Below are positions 9,796 through 19,964 of a DNA stretch of 64,000 nt, piece after piece. Below the pieces are notes generated by a model. The model worked only from the letters and a program-made list of their open reading frames with translations, did not search any database and was not told the origin of the DNA. The position numbers were made by a program, and so were the translations under genes. Position 1 is the first letter of the stretch; each line of letters begins with the position of its first letter. The DNA is taken from assembly GCA_963668035.1 (NCBI GenBank), contig OY764073.1, forward strand, positions 4,743,308 to 4,807,307, written 5' to 3'. This DNA is from Candidatus Poribacteria bacterium (GTDB lineage Bacteria > Poribacteria > WGA-4E > WGA-3G).

Positions 9796-11448
9796 CTAAT
9801 TTCCGAATCGTCGTTTAAATATATTTAAAATGTCGTCAAATTCCGAGACCTTCAGAAGTCTATACATCGCCGCGAGTATCAGCAATCCCAGCCCTATAGG
9901 TGCAAAGACCCCGACGGTACGTGCGATGATGCCTTCCGTGCCGAGCCAATCGCTTTCAATGACCCCGTTTGTCAGCCAACAGATGAATCCCATTACCGCT
10001 GAAGCGATTAAGATTTTAAGCGTCAGTGGAACGACCGATCGTAACCCCAATCCCCCGACTTTTCGGCGGAGCAGCAACAATAGGATAGCACAATTGAGCG
10101 TTACCGTCAAAACTGTTGAGAATACCACGGCACGCGGATCCCAGAAGAATCCGCGAAGGATAAACAGATAGTTAAGGCAGATATTGAGCGCGACAGCACA
10201 GATACTAACGATAACAGGGGCGCGAATATCTCTGTAAGCGTAAAATCCATCTGTGACGATTTTTAGTGTTGAGAACCCGCATAGACCGAATGCATAGACG
10301 AACAGAAGTCCAGCTGTTCCGAGTGTGTCCTCTGCCACGGTTACACCCCATTCGTAAAGCAGCCGGCAGATCGGTTCCGACAATACCATTAACCCAATCG
10401 CAGCAGGGACTGTTAGAATCAACATTAAACGAAGTGCGTAAGAGAGGGCATTGCGAAAGTTCTCCGTTTCTCCGGCTGTCGCAAGCCGGGCAAGTTGTGG
10501 GAGTGCCACCGTTGAAATCGCGACACCGAATATCCCGATAGGGAGATGCATGACGCGGTATGCTCTACTAATCCATGTCAACCATCCGGAATCCGAGGTG
10601 ATAAAAAAGGTATTTGTCAGTAGGTTTACTTGCACCGCTGCGACCCCTAACACAGCAGGCCCCATGAGATGGATGACTTGAAGCACTCTCGGATCCCGCA
10701 GGCTGAGCAGCGGACGATAACGAAAGCCGACACGGGACATAGACGGTGCCTGAATTAGGAATTGCAGGATACCCCCTATAATTACGCCGAGTGCCATACC
10801 TGTTACAGGATGAATCTCTATCAGCGGACATAAGTAGTACCCGCCGATCCCGATAGCGAGAGAACTCACGTTAAAGAAGGCAGATGCACACGCAGGGATG
10901 CCGAATTTGTCTTTGCTGTTCAACAGTCCCATCGCAATTGCTGCAAACGATACGAACAGCAGATACGGGAACATCAACTGTGTGAGATAGATTGCCAACT
11001 CGATTTTGCTGTCAAATCCGAAATGTTCAGCAGCGTCTAAATGATTATCAAAATTATCGCGTGCCAATACATTAACAACAAGAGGTGCGAAAGCGATACC
11101 GAGTACGGTGATACCGATTAAGATGAGGAGCGTCAGATTAAAGATGCGGTTCGCAAGATTCCATGCTGCTGTTTCGCCGTCTTCGGCTTCCGTCGCGAGG
11201 AATGTCGTAATAAACGCCTTGCTCAAAATGCCTTCGCCGAACATATCCCGCAGAAAGTTCGGTATGCGGAAGGCGAGGTAAAACGCATCCGCACTGACTT
11301 TTGAAGGGAAGTAGTAACTTATCGCTGTTTCGCGGGCGAGACCCAATATCCGAGATACCATCACAGCGAGGCTGACAATGCCGGCTGCACGCGTGACGTT
11401 TTGATTTTGTTGCTCTACAGATTCCATTTGATTTGACATTTTATGCAT
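9796..11448 (-). CDS. murJ: Lipid II flippase MurJ (MviN family)
   Basis: The N-terminal signature is SRILGLARETAISYYFPSKVSADAFYLAFRIPNFLRDMFGEG. It is about 550 aa with multiple transmembrane helices. Confidence 0.85.
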   Translation of the reverse strand: MHKMSNQMESVEQQNQNVTRAAGIVSLAVMVSRILGLARETAISYYFPSKVSADAFYLAFRIPNFLRDMFGEGILSKAFITTFLATEAEDGETAAWNLANRIFNLTLLILIGITVLGIAFAPLVVNVLARDNFDNHLDAAEHFGFDSKIELAIYLTQLMFPYLLFVSFAAIAMGLLNSKDKFGIPACASAFFNVSSLAIGIGGYYLCPLIEIHPVTGMALGVIIGGILQFLIQAPSMSRVGFRYRPLLSLRDPRVLQVIHLMGPAVLGVAAVQVNLLTNTFFITSDSGWLTWISRAYRVMHLPIGIFGVAISTVALPQLARLATAGETENFRNALSYALRLMLILTVPAAIGLMVLSEPICRLLYEWGVTVAEDTLGTAGLLFVYAFGLCGFSTLKIVTDGFYAYRDIRAPVIVSICAVALNICLNYLFILRGFFWDPRAVVFSTVLTVTLNCAILLLLLRRKVGGLGLRSVVPLTLKILIASAVMGFICWLTNGVIESDWLGTEGIIARTVGVFAPIGLGLLILAAMYRLLKVSEFDDILNIFKRRFGN

Positions 11449-11492
11449 ATTCGTGTAAACTTAGAGAAACTATAACAGAAAGGAAACCAAAG

Positions 11493-11873
11493 ATGCAAGA
11501 AAAACGATATTTTACGGTCGAAGAAGCCAACGCATGTATCCCTGAATTAGTTGACGAGATTTCACTGTTAAGAGCCATCAGAAATGAACTCGCAGTCTAT
11601 CATGCAGAAATTACACCACTCTTAGAGGTGGTCTCCGCTAACGGGGGTAGTAAGCACACCGCCGCGCTCCTCAGAGCGACTGCCCGCTTCGAGGCAGTTT
11701 TGGAACGGATTGCGGCGCGTGGTTGTCACCTGAAAGGACTTGACCCCGGATTGGTCGATTTCCCACATCTCCGCGAGGGTAGAGAGGTCTATCTCTGCTG
11801 GCGAATCGATGAAAAGCGGATCCGCTATTGGCATGAAATCGAGGACGGGTTTGAGGGACGACAACCGTTGTAG
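11493..11873 (+). CDS. Conserved hypothetical protein (126 aa)
   Basis: ATG at 11493 follows AAAGGAAACC. It is protein-like and charged. The family was not confidently recognised. Confidence 0.4.
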   Translation: MQEKRYFTVEEANACIPELVDEISLLRAIRNELAVYHAEITPLLEVVSANGGSKHTAALLRATARFEAVLERIAARGCHLKGLDPGLVDFPHLREGREVYLCWRIDEKRIRYWHEIEDGFEGRQPL

Positions 11874-11896
11874 GGGACAGGTAACCCAGTCCCTAC
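11870..11896. terminator. Inverted-repeat hairpin between convergent genes (GTAGGGGAC...GTCCCTAC)
   Basis: A 7-8 bp stem lies between the end of the 11493..11873 gene and the end of thiD. It belongs to the recurring GTAGGG/CCCTAC hairpin family (see findings). Confidence 0.4.
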
Positions 11897-12675
11897 GTCT
11901 GGAAAAAAGGGTTTGTTGGACCGGGGCCGTGTCCGATATCCAAGGCGTGCTGAATAGCACCCGTAATATACGTCTTCGCTGTCCTAACAGCGTCAATTAG
12001 AGCTTTGCCGTGCCCCAGTTGTGTCGCGATCGCCGCCGAGTAGGTGCAGCCTGTGCCGTGCGTATTTTCTGTTTCGACGCGTTCCGACTGAAAACAGGTC
12101 CACTCGCCGTTGCAATAAAGCACATCGGTTGCGTCAGCTCCGATAAGATGTCCACCTTTGACGAGAACAGCGCGGCAACCGAGTTCCGCGATCGCTTTCG
12201 CAGCATTTTTTGCGTCATCTATGTTTCGGATATCCTGTTGTGTAAGCAATTCCGCCTCGTGGACGTTAGGTGTGATCACCGTGGCAAGCGGAATTAACGT
12301 TGTTTTCAGACTATCAATTGCCTCCACTTTTAAGAGCGGGTATTGACTTGTGGAGATCATCACAGGATCAACGACGATAGCTGGCGGCGAATATTCTTTC
12401 AACTTTCCTGCAACCGCCTCAACGATCCCTGACGAGGAGAGCATGCCTGTTTTGACACTGGCTACCTCAAAATCCGTGAAAACTGCGTCTAACTGTGCTT
12501 CAATCAGTGAAATCGGCAGATCAAACGCGTCGGTTACTGCTACCGTATTCTGCGCTGTAACCGAGGTAATCACGGACATCGCGTAGCCGCCATTTGCCGA
12601 GATCGCCTTGGTATCCGCCTGTATACCGGCACCGCCGCCTGAATCCGAACCCGCAATCGTTAAAATCTGTTTCAT
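11893..12675 (-). CDS. thiD: Hydroxymethylpyrimidine/phosphomethylpyrimidine kinase
   Basis: MKQILTIAGSDSGGGAGIQADTKA is a ThiD/PdxK ribokinase-fold signature. The gene sits beside thiE. Confidence 0.85.
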   Translation of the reverse strand: MKQILTIAGSDSGGGAGIQADTKAISANGGYAMSVITSVTAQNTVAVTDAFDLPISLIEAQLDAVFTDFEVASVKTGMLSSSGIVEAVAGKLKEYSPPAIVVDPVMISTSQYPLLKVEAIDSLKTTLIPLATVITPNVHEAELLTQQDIRNIDDAKNAAKAIAELGCRAVLVKGGHLIGADATDVLYCNGEWTCFQSERVETENTHGTGCTYSAAIATQLGHGKALIDAVRTAKTYITGAIQHALDIGHGPGPTNPFFQT

Positions 12676-12688
12676 AGTTCGTTTGCCG

Positions 12689-13309
12689 TTAGTCTAACGC
12701 ATCAAGATAGCGTCTCGCCTGTTCTCCTGCGTTTTTGGGAGTCATAACCCCGGACATTACAGCGACACCGAAAGCACCGGCAGCCAAGCATTCAGCAACC
12801 CGTGCCGGTGTAATTCCCGCTAACGCGAAGACGGGTATTTTAAGGGTTTCTGATACCTCGGCGAGGCACGCGACACCGACTGCTGGCCCGTATCCGGGCT
12901 TGCTTGCTGTCGGATAGATAGGACTATAGGTTACGAAATCTGCGCCTTCTGCCTCCCGTTTTTGTGCTGCAGCAAGTGAATGCACCGAGCATCCGACATA
13001 AAGGGTGTCCTTTGCCCGTGCTTTTACTGTCGCATTCGCTGGCAGATGAACGCCTGCAGCACCCCGCTGTAGGGGCGAGGTCACCTCGTCCTTACGATCA
13101 GATGTGTTGATGAAAAGTTTCGCCCCATAATTTCGACATAACTCGGCGATCGGTTGTGCCAATTCAATCAACGCGTTATCGTCTAAATCCTTCTCACGCA
13201 ATTGGATAGCCCTGACACCGGCATCTAACAGCTCAGAGACGACATCGGCTAACGGGGTAGGGGCACATCGGTGTCTATCCGTAATAGCATACAACTTAAA
13301 GTCGATCAT
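12689..13309 (-). CDS. thiE: Thiamine-phosphate synthase
   Basis: YAITDR...VRAIQLREKD...GADFVTYSPIYPT motifs of ThiE are present. It lies immediately downstream of rsmB and upstream of thiD on the minus strand. Confidence 0.8.
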   Translation of the reverse strand: MIDFKLYAITDRHRCAPTPLADVVSELLDAGVRAIQLREKDLDDNALIELAQPIAELCRNYGAKLFINTSDRKDEVTSPLQRGAAGVHLPANATVKARAKDTLYVGCSVHSLAAAQKREAEGADFVTYSPIYPTASKPGYGPAVGVACLAEVSETLKIPVFALAGITPARVAECLAAGAFGVAVMSGVMTPKNAGEQARRYLDALD

Positions 13310-14677
13310 CTATTTTGCTGCCCTGTGTCGAAGACGTGCCGCAAACGCGCCATCAACCTCGTGCTCGTGTGGAAAGGTCTGAACGAAACCTTGCGGTGTT
13401 ATCATATTTGGTAGCACATTGGGTAGAAAATCTTTGGCATTTTCTATCGTCCACATCGGGAAATCTGCCAAAAATCGCTGGATGACCGCCTCGTTTTCTA
13501 TCGGTTCGATACTACAGGTACTGTAAACGAGGATGCCGCCGGGTTTGATATGCTGCGCTGCGTTTTTTAATAAACTATATTGCATCTCGCTGAGGGCGCG
13601 TATCTGTTCAAAGGTTTTATTCCATCGGATGTCCGGATGCCGACGAAGTGTCCCGAACCCTGAACACGGTGCGTCAACCAACACGGCATCTGCAGTTTTC
13701 ATGAAATTGAGGTCCGCTTTTGTCGCGTCCAGCACCTGTGTTTCAACGTTACATGCCCCGACACGCCGGCAGTTTTCTTCTAACAGGGCGACCTTTTCGG
13801 CTGAGATATCCACGGCGATAATTTTTCCAGCATTCCCCATGAGATGCGCGAGATGTGTTGTCTTGCCACCCGGTGCAGCGCACAAATCCACGATGAATGT
13901 TGCGTTCTGCGGTGAGAGCAGGTGTGCTACTAACATTGCACTCTCATCTTGCACATAGATGTCCTCGCGATTGAGAATATCCTTTAACGTCCCTTCATCC
14001 GCATCATCAAAAGCGGTGATAGCACCCCTTTCAAGCACCAACCCCTCGGGTGCTATTTTAGATGGACTCGCGGCGATGCCGATTCTCTCTAACGGTTTGT
14101 GGACTTCTTGGGGACTCACGCGGAGCGCGAGCGGTGCGATCTGGTTACTTGCGCGACAGAACGCTAATGTCCACGAAACACCACGCATCTCAAGCCACCG
14201 CTTTACCAGCCACTTTGGATAGGACAACGAAAACGAGATATGGTCAATTGGGTTCGTATCGAGTGAGGGATAGGTAAGGATCGCGCCTTCGCGTTGCACG
14301 GATCGGAGAACGGCATTGATAAACCCTGTAGTTTTCCGTCCCCTGTTGCGGCGCGGGTGGGAAGCCGCGAGTTGGACGGTTTCAAAAATAGCGGCGTGTG
14401 CGGGTATGCCATCAAGATGTAGCAGCTGAAACGCGCCGAGTCGTAAGATATTACGGTGGCGCGCGTCTACTTGAAATCTCGGATTGATAAACTGATCTAA
14501 CACCCAATCCAGCTGTTTCTGCCATCGGATAACACCATAGACGAGTCCGTTGATCAAGCGGCGATCGCGACCGTCGACGCTGTATTTCGCGAATGCACTA
14601 TCAACGACAGATGTGATTGATGTGCTGCTGGAGGAGAGCGTTAGCAAACACTCTAAGGCGACTTCGCGTGCGTTCAT
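13310..14677 (-). CDS. rsmB: 16S rRNA (cytosine967-C5)-methyltransferase RsmB/Sun
   Basis: A NusB-like N-terminus is followed by the SAM motif DLCAAPGGKT and the catalytic DAPCSGFGTLRRHPD (PC and TC cysteines). Confidence 0.85.
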   Translation of the reverse strand: MNAREVALECLLTLSSSSTSITSVVDSAFAKYSVDGRDRRLINGLVYGVIRWQKQLDWVLDQFINPRFQVDARHRNILRLGAFQLLHLDGIPAHAAIFETVQLAASHPRRNRGRKTTGFINAVLRSVQREGAILTYPSLDTNPIDHISFSLSYPKWLVKRWLEMRGVSWTLAFCRASNQIAPLALRVSPQEVHKPLERIGIAASPSKIAPEGLVLERGAITAFDDADEGTLKDILNREDIYVQDESAMLVAHLLSPQNATFIVDLCAAPGGKTTHLAHLMGNAGKIIAVDISAEKVALLEENCRRVGACNVETQVLDATKADLNFMKTADAVLVDAPCSGFGTLRRHPDIRWNKTFEQIRALSEMQYSLLKNAAQHIKPGGILVYSTCSIEPIENEAVIQRFLADFPMWTIENAKDFLPNVLPNMITPQGFVQTFPHEHEVDGAFAARLRHRAAK

Positions 14678-14735
14678 AAATTTTTAAGTTTCGCAAGGTG
14701 TCCAATAACACGAAACGTCTAACAACAGCACTCGC

Positions 14736-15014
14736 CTAAGAGGCATCTGCTGCCGTAGTGATCGCATTCAATTTGTGGGTGAGGCGGGATTTTTGGCGAT
14801 TCGCTGTGCCTTTTTTAATAACGCCTTTACTGGCAGCTCTATCTAAGAGACTCGCCATTGTTTTACACAATTCTTGTGCGGTTTCAACATTGCCTTCAGC
14901 GAGCGCAGTTTCTGTTTGTTTCATGACTGTCCGCAGTGTTGATTTTCGGTGACGGTTGCGTATCTGTTTCGCTTTGTCCGCACGTGCATGTTTCTTTGCT
15001 GATTGTCGATGCAA
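14736..15014 (-). CDS. rpsT: 30S ribosomal protein S20
   Basis: HRQSAKKHARAD...LDRAASKGVIKK...RQKSRL matches S20. The true start is TTG at 15014, preceded by AAAGGAG with a 7-nt spacer. The listed ORF start at 15038 is an unsupported extension. Confidence 0.85.
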   Translation of the reverse strand: MHRQSAKKHARADKAKQIRNRHRKSTLRTVMKQTETALAEGNVETAQELCKTMASLLDRAASKGVIKKGTANRQKSRLTHKLNAITTAADAS

Positions 15015-15137
15015 AATGCTTACTCCTTTTGAAATCAAGGTATTGAATATCTTTACAACGTGTAACGTGTGTACTTAATGATACCACAAAATATCGGGTT
15101 TGTCCATATTTTTTCATATTCCATCCATATTTCCTCC

Positions 15138-16541
15138 TCAATCGTCGTCCCAATTTATGCGGTGGAAGGGGGTGCCTTCTGCTTTCGCTTTTCGGACTTT
15201 TTCAAGTTCGCGCCGAACAGTTTCATTCGGCCAAAGCTCATACTTTGCTTCGTAAAACCGGAGGAATTCATCTTCATCCTCTGGAAATCTAAAGCTGCCA
15301 GCCATCAATTTTTTCTTGCCCGCAATGACGGTAAAAACTTCAGGGAAAGGTCCATATTGTGCGGTGAGGTGGCTTTTGTATTCTCTTTCAAAAGTTTCGG
15401 GATCATCTGTCTTCTTCCAGAGTTCCATCAAGATAGCGTCTGCGTCTTTACGATACGCTTGATTCTCGGATTCTGTAGCGATGTACTGTAGATAAAGTTG
15501 CGCCCGTAGGAACTCGTCACGCTGAGCGTATACCAACCCTGATCGGAACAGGATCTCTTCAGCGGCCTGAATGTAATTTTCGTTCTTCCCATGTTTGATG
15601 ATCCATTGTAAACTCTCCGGTGACACGCTACCCCGGTAGTGGTATACCAACCCTAAGTAGAATCTGTATGTCTCACATTGGTAGATAATGTCCCCGTGCC
15701 GAACCATCTGATAATTATACGCACCCAATAGCTGAATAAGGAACTTGTTATTGCCGGCATAGAATCTTTCGTTATTCAAGACGTAAGCGTTTCCATCCCA
15801 CTCGTAGAGGGTCATCCATTCCAGATGCGGTGCGCCCGGGACATCTTCAATATGTATGCTGTATGGAATTTTAATTTCGTAGGTGCCATCGTTATCCAAG
15901 TCAACGTACTCGGCATCAGATAGAAATCCGGGAACCGTATAGCAGCTAAAGACTGTCTTGAACTCGCCGTTTTGAAAGGCGATCACAGCCACACCGTAGG
16001 TAGATTCGAACCATATATCTAAAATGCCATCGCCTGTCAAATCAAGTAGTCTAACACCTGCATCGCGAGACTTAAGCGCGCTTTTCGGGGGTTGTGTGAA
16101 GACGAAGGGTGGACTCTGAAGTTCAACGGTTTTCGCTGGCACCTGCAAATCACGAGTGCCTGTATCAAAAAGTTTGAAAGCGTCTTTTTTCTGCAGTGCC
16201 CCCGCTTCGTTCTTAGCAATGAAGAGAAACGCTTGGATCCAGTTCCCGGTGTCTGGGTATGTATGCTTTTCCATAATATCATCCACCAGCATTAGAACAA
16301 CGATCTCTTTTTCGAGGGTGTCGTCAATATTTGCGGTGGCTGTCATCCGGGTCAGGTAAAAGAGGCCTTCGGGTGCCGGATCAGGTAAAAACCTGTGATA
16401 CTTTTGTCCCTTATTTGAATAATACCGTTGATACTCGACATCAGGTGTTATCGTTTTAGCGGTATCCGCATTCGCTGGAAAAGAGGTGAGTATCAGCAAA
16501 ATAGCAAGTGCTAAAAGTGCGCCACGAATATGTTGATTCAT
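15138..16541 (-). CDS. Secreted hypothetical protein, paralog A (467 aa), with DxDxDG-like motifs
   Basis: It has a signal peptide. Conserved blocks shared with 16681..17709 include VDLTGDGILDIW, YVDLDNDGTYEIK and LEWxxLYEWDGxxYVLNNERFYA. Confidence 0.5.
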   Translation of the reverse strand: MNQHIRGALLALAILLILTSFPANADTAKTITPDVEYQRYYSNKGQKYHRFLPDPAPEGLFYLTRMTATANIDDTLEKEIVVLMLVDDIMEKHTYPDTGNWIQAFLFIAKNEAGALQKKDAFKLFDTGTRDLQVPAKTVELQSPPFVFTQPPKSALKSRDAGVRLLDLTGDGILDIWFESTYGVAVIAFQNGEFKTVFSCYTVPGFLSDAEYVDLDNDGTYEIKIPYSIHIEDVPGAPHLEWMTLYEWDGNAYVLNNERFYAGNNKFLIQLLGAYNYQMVRHGDIIYQCETYRFYLGLVYHYRGSVSPESLQWIIKHGKNENYIQAAEEILFRSGLVYAQRDEFLRAQLYLQYIATESENQAYRKDADAILMELWKKTDDPETFEREYKSHLTAQYGPFPEVFTVIAGKKKLMAGSFRFPEDEDEFLRFYEAKYELWPNETVRRELEKVRKAKAEGTPFHRINWDDD

Positions 16542-16680
16542 GTTTTTTCTCCGATTCGGTCTTAGAACTTATGCCTCGTATTCATACATCCCCGTGATAA
16601 ATCGTAGGGGTGAGGTCTCCTCGTCCGCTTTTCGCGTAAGTTCCGGGTTTGTTAGATGTCATACACAGTTGGTCTGTTCT

Positions 16681-17709
16681 TCAATAGGATGGGAGTTTTT
16701 TCAGGAGTGATTCAGCGGCTTGGATGTAAACTTGCTGCTCGGCATGTTCAACGACCCGCTGTAGGTGCCTTCGTGCCATTGAGGTGTCGCCTCGATAGTA
16801 ATATACCAACCCTACGTAGAAACTGTATGGTTCGTATTTTCCATACCAAATCAGTGCACTATTATACTGCTGCAATAACCCAATGAGGAACTCGTCATTC
16901 TTGGCATAGAACCTTTCGTTATTCAAGATGTATGTGGTGCCATCCCACTCGTAGAGGTTCGTCCATTCCAGATAGCGCACCCCAGGAATATCAATCATAA
17001 ATATGCTGCTTTGAAGCTTTATTTCGTAGCTGCCATCATTATCCAAGTCAATATACTCAGGAGCCTGCTCCCTGTAATACACGTAGCAGCTAAAAACTTC
17101 CTTGAATTCACCATCCTGAAAAGAAATAACAGCGACACCATAAGCATGATCAATCCAGATGTCTAAAATGCCATCGCCTGTCAAATCAACGAGGTCAAAC
17201 GAAATCCACTTGAACCCCCAAGACTCACCGCTCCACAATTCCCGGAAAACGAAGGGTAGGTTACGAAGTACAACGGTTTTCCCTGGCACATCCAAATCAT
17301 AGGTCCCCGCATCAAAAAGTTTGAAAAGGTCTTTTTGCTGCGGAAGCCCCCCCTCGGTCTCAGCTTCGGTGATGAGGAGAAACGCTTGGCACCATTCGCG
17401 CCATTCTTCGCCTGCTTCAGCTACCATCAGCACAATCGTCTCTTTTTCCTGCGTATTATCAATATTGGCTACGGCTTTCTGCCGGGTATTGTAAGAAACC
17501 CCTTGCGGTGCAGGGAAATGCAGAAACCGGTGATACTTTCGCCCTTCAGGATCAATCGGCAAATCAGGATACGCTTTATACTTGACATCAGAAGTTTCGG
17601 GGGTTAGTGGATTAGCATTCACCGCCAAACAACTCAGTATCAGCAAAATAGCAAGTCCTAAAAGGATGCTCTGAATGTGTTTCGCTACAATTTTTGTTTT
17701 CCTATACAT
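16681..17709 (-). CDS. Secreted or lipoprotein hypothetical protein, paralog B (342 aa)
   Basis: It has a signal peptide with a possible LSC lipobox. It is about 50% identical to paralog A across the shared region. Confidence 0.5.
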   Translation of the reverse strand: MYRKTKIVAKHIQSILLGLAILLILSCLAVNANPLTPETSDVKYKAYPDLPIDPEGRKYHRFLHFPAPQGVSYNTRQKAVANIDNTQEKETIVLMVAEAGEEWREWCQAFLLITEAETEGGLPQQKDLFKLFDAGTYDLDVPGKTVVLRNLPFVFRELWSGESWGFKWISFDLVDLTGDGILDIWIDHAYGVAVISFQDGEFKEVFSCYVYYREQAPEYIDLDNDGSYEIKLQSSIFMIDIPGVRYLEWTNLYEWDGTTYILNNERFYAKNDEFLIGLLQQYNSALIWYGKYEPYSFYVGLVYYYRGDTSMARRHLQRVVEHAEQQVYIQAAESLLKKLPSY

Positions 17710-17765
17710 TGATCAATCCTCCGGTTCGGGGCTCCGCTTGAATCCATTCCCAATGTGAGATGTGC

Positions 17766-19964
17766 TCAGTCCCACAGCAGCACTGTACGGTCCCGTCCGC
17801 CACTTGCGAGTGTCTTGCCATCCGGACTAAACGATACACTATAGACGCTACCCGTATGACCAGCAAGTTTTGCCTTGAGACTACCCGTCTCAACGTCCCA
17901 CAAAAGCACCGTATAATCTGGCCACGCATCTCCACTTGCGAGTGTCTTGCCATCCGGACTAAACGATACACTATAGACGCTACCCGTATGACCAGCAAGT
18001 TTTGCCTTGAGACTACCCGTCTCAACGTCCCACAAAAGCACCGCCTGGTCCCCGGCATCCCGACTTGCACTGACAAGTGTCGTGCCATCCGGACTAAACA
18101 ATACTTGCCTGATTTCACCCTTATGCGCGAGTGTCCTTGTGACCTCACTGGTCGTAACATCCCACAAAAGCACCTTATGTGTATTGTCTATCTCACTTCG
18201 ACTTGCACTTGCGAGTGTCTTACCATCCGGACTAAACAATACGTTGTAGACACTGCCCGTCCGGCTGGTGAGTTTCGCTTTCAGGGTGCCCGTCGTAACG
18301 TCCCACAAATGAAGAACCTTACTGTCCCGAACCGCACTTGCGAGCGTCTTGCCATCCGGACTAAACGATACATTCCAGACGACATCCGTATGCGGTGTCC
18401 TTTTGACCTTACCTGTCGCAACATCCCACAAAAGTACCGTATATTTATAACCCTCCCCATGAATTCGACTCATACAGGCAAGTGTCTTGCCATCCGGACT
18501 AAACGATACACTATAGACCTCCCCTGTACGACCGGTGAGTTTCGTTTTGAGGGTGCCCGTCACAACGTCCCACAAACGCACCTTACCGTCCCAACTTGCA
18601 CTGGCAAGCGTAGCCCCATCCGGACTGAACGACACACTCCTAACTTCACCCATGTGTTCGGTGAGAGTCGCTTTCACAGTCCCTGTCTCAACGTCCCACA
18701 AACGCACTTTATCTTTAGCTCCCCTCTGACTTTGACTCCAATAGGCAAGTGTGTTACCATCTGGACTGAACAACACACGCTTAACCGCATCCGTATGTCC
18801 GGTGAGAACCGCTTTCACAGTCCCTGTCGTAACATCCCACAAACGCACTATATCGTCCTGGTCTCCGCTCTTACTCACAAGCGTTTTGCCATCTGGACTG
18901 AACAACACACGCTTAACCGCATCCGTATGTCCGGTGAGAACCGCTTTCACAGCACCCGTCGTAACGTCCCACAAACGCACTGTTTTGTCTGCACTCCCAC
19001 TTGCGAGTGTTTTGCCATCTGGACTGAACACGATACTACTGACCACATCTGTATGTCCAATGAAGGTTGCTTTTACCGTACCGGTCCCAATGTCCCACAA
19101 ACGCATCCCATACTCTCGGTCCCACTTATTATTGTCGGCACTTGCGAGCGTTTTACCATCTGGGCTGAATGATAAACTATTGACCCAATCCCCAGGTTGA
19201 GTGAGGGTCACTTGTACCTCACCGGTTGCAACGTCCCACAAACGAATTGTTTTGTCATAACTACCTGCAAGCGTTTTGCCATCTGGACTGAACGATAAAT
19301 TCCGAATCGCGAAATCCTCTCCCATGAATTTCGCTTTCAGGGTGCCCGTCACAACGTCCCACAAATGAACCGTACTGTCATAACTCCAACCACCACTCAC
19401 AAGCGTCTTGCCATCCATGCTAAACCAGACACTACCAACCGCGTTCTCAGGCTCGGTGAATTTCGCTTTCAACGAACCCGTCGCAACGTCCCACAAACGC
19501 ACCGTACTGTCATAACTTCCGCTCGCAAGTGTAGCACTATCCGGACTGAACGATAAACTCCCGATCCGACTCGTATGTCCGATGAATGTACCTTTCATAT
19601 TACCCGTCGTAACGTCCCACAAACGCACCATACAGTCCATATCCGCACCGCCGCTGGCAAGTGTCTTACCATCCGGACTAAACGCCAAACTATAGACCCA
19701 ATCCATACCGCCCGCAAGAAATGCCTGTTCTTCGGATGTTTTCGTATCATACAGCCATATACCGATATTACTCCCTACCGCGAGCAACGCACCGTCCGGA
19801 GAATACGTTATTTCTCCTATACTGCCTTTACCGAGACGTGCTTTGGCACCCTCGGGTAAACTGAATTGGGTATATGCCACAGATTGTGCGAACCCCGGAA
19901 AAATACTGACGCTCGAAACTATCAGGAGCGTTAAGGTCAACAAAAACGTTCTTCTTACTTTCAT
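17766..19964 (-). CDS. Secreted WD40-repeat beta-propeller protein (732 aa, about 16 WD repeats)
   Basis: A signal peptide MKVRRTFLLTLTLLIVSSVSIFPGFAQS is present. The repeated units are SFSPDGKTLASG...VRLWDV.TG. The C-terminal repeats are identical at protein and DNA level. Confidence 0.85.
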   Translation of the reverse strand: MKVRRTFLLTLTLLIVSSVSIFPGFAQSVAYTQFSLPEGAKARLGKGSIGEITYSPDGALLAVGSNIGIWLYDTKTSEEQAFLAGGMDWVYSLAFSPDGKTLASGGADMDCMVRLWDVTTGNMKGTFIGHTSRIGSLSFSPDSATLASGSYDSTVRLWDVATGSLKAKFTEPENAVGSVWFSMDGKTLVSGGWSYDSTVHLWDVVTGTLKAKFMGEDFAIRNLSFSPDGKTLAGSYDKTIRLWDVATGEVQVTLTQPGDWVNSLSFSPDGKTLASADNNKWDREYGMRLWDIGTGTVKATFIGHTDVVSSIVFSPDGKTLASGSADKTVRLWDVTTGAVKAVLTGHTDAVKRVLFSPDGKTLVSKSGDQDDIVRLWDVTTGTVKAVLTGHTDAVKRVLFSPDGNTLAYWSQSQRGAKDKVRLWDVETGTVKATLTEHMGEVRSVSFSPDGATLASASWDGKVRLWDVVTGTLKTKLTGRTGEVYSVSFSPDGKTLACMSRIHGEGYKYTVLLWDVATGKVKRTPHTDVVWNVSFSPDGKTLASAVRDSKVLHLWDVTTGTLKAKLTSRTGSVYNVLFSPDGKTLASASRSEIDNTHKVLLWDVTTSEVTRTLAHKGEIRQVLFSPDGTTLVSASRDAGDQAVLLWDVETGSLKAKLAGHTGSVYSVSFSPDGKTLASGDAWPDYTVLLWDVETGSLKAKLAGHTGSVYSVSFSPDGKTLASGGRDRTVLLWD
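17803..18043. repeat. Near-identical tandem DNA duplication (about 130-bp unit, 2 copies) inside the WD40 gene
   Basis: The ~110-bp core CACTTGCGAGTGTCTTGCCATCCGGACTAAACGATACACTATAGACGCTACCCGTATGACCAGCAAGTTTTGCCTTGAGACTACCCGTCTCAACGTCCCACAAAAGCACCG occurs twice, starting at 17803 and at 17937. Confidence 0.8.

Noticed and set aside
17760-19172. 470-aa plus-strand ORF and the 152-aa ORF 17702..18160
   Set aside because: They are antisense to the WD40 gene, and repetitive low-complexity translation (recurring CECLAIRTKRY units) mirrors the WD repeats. They are artefacts of the repeat structure.
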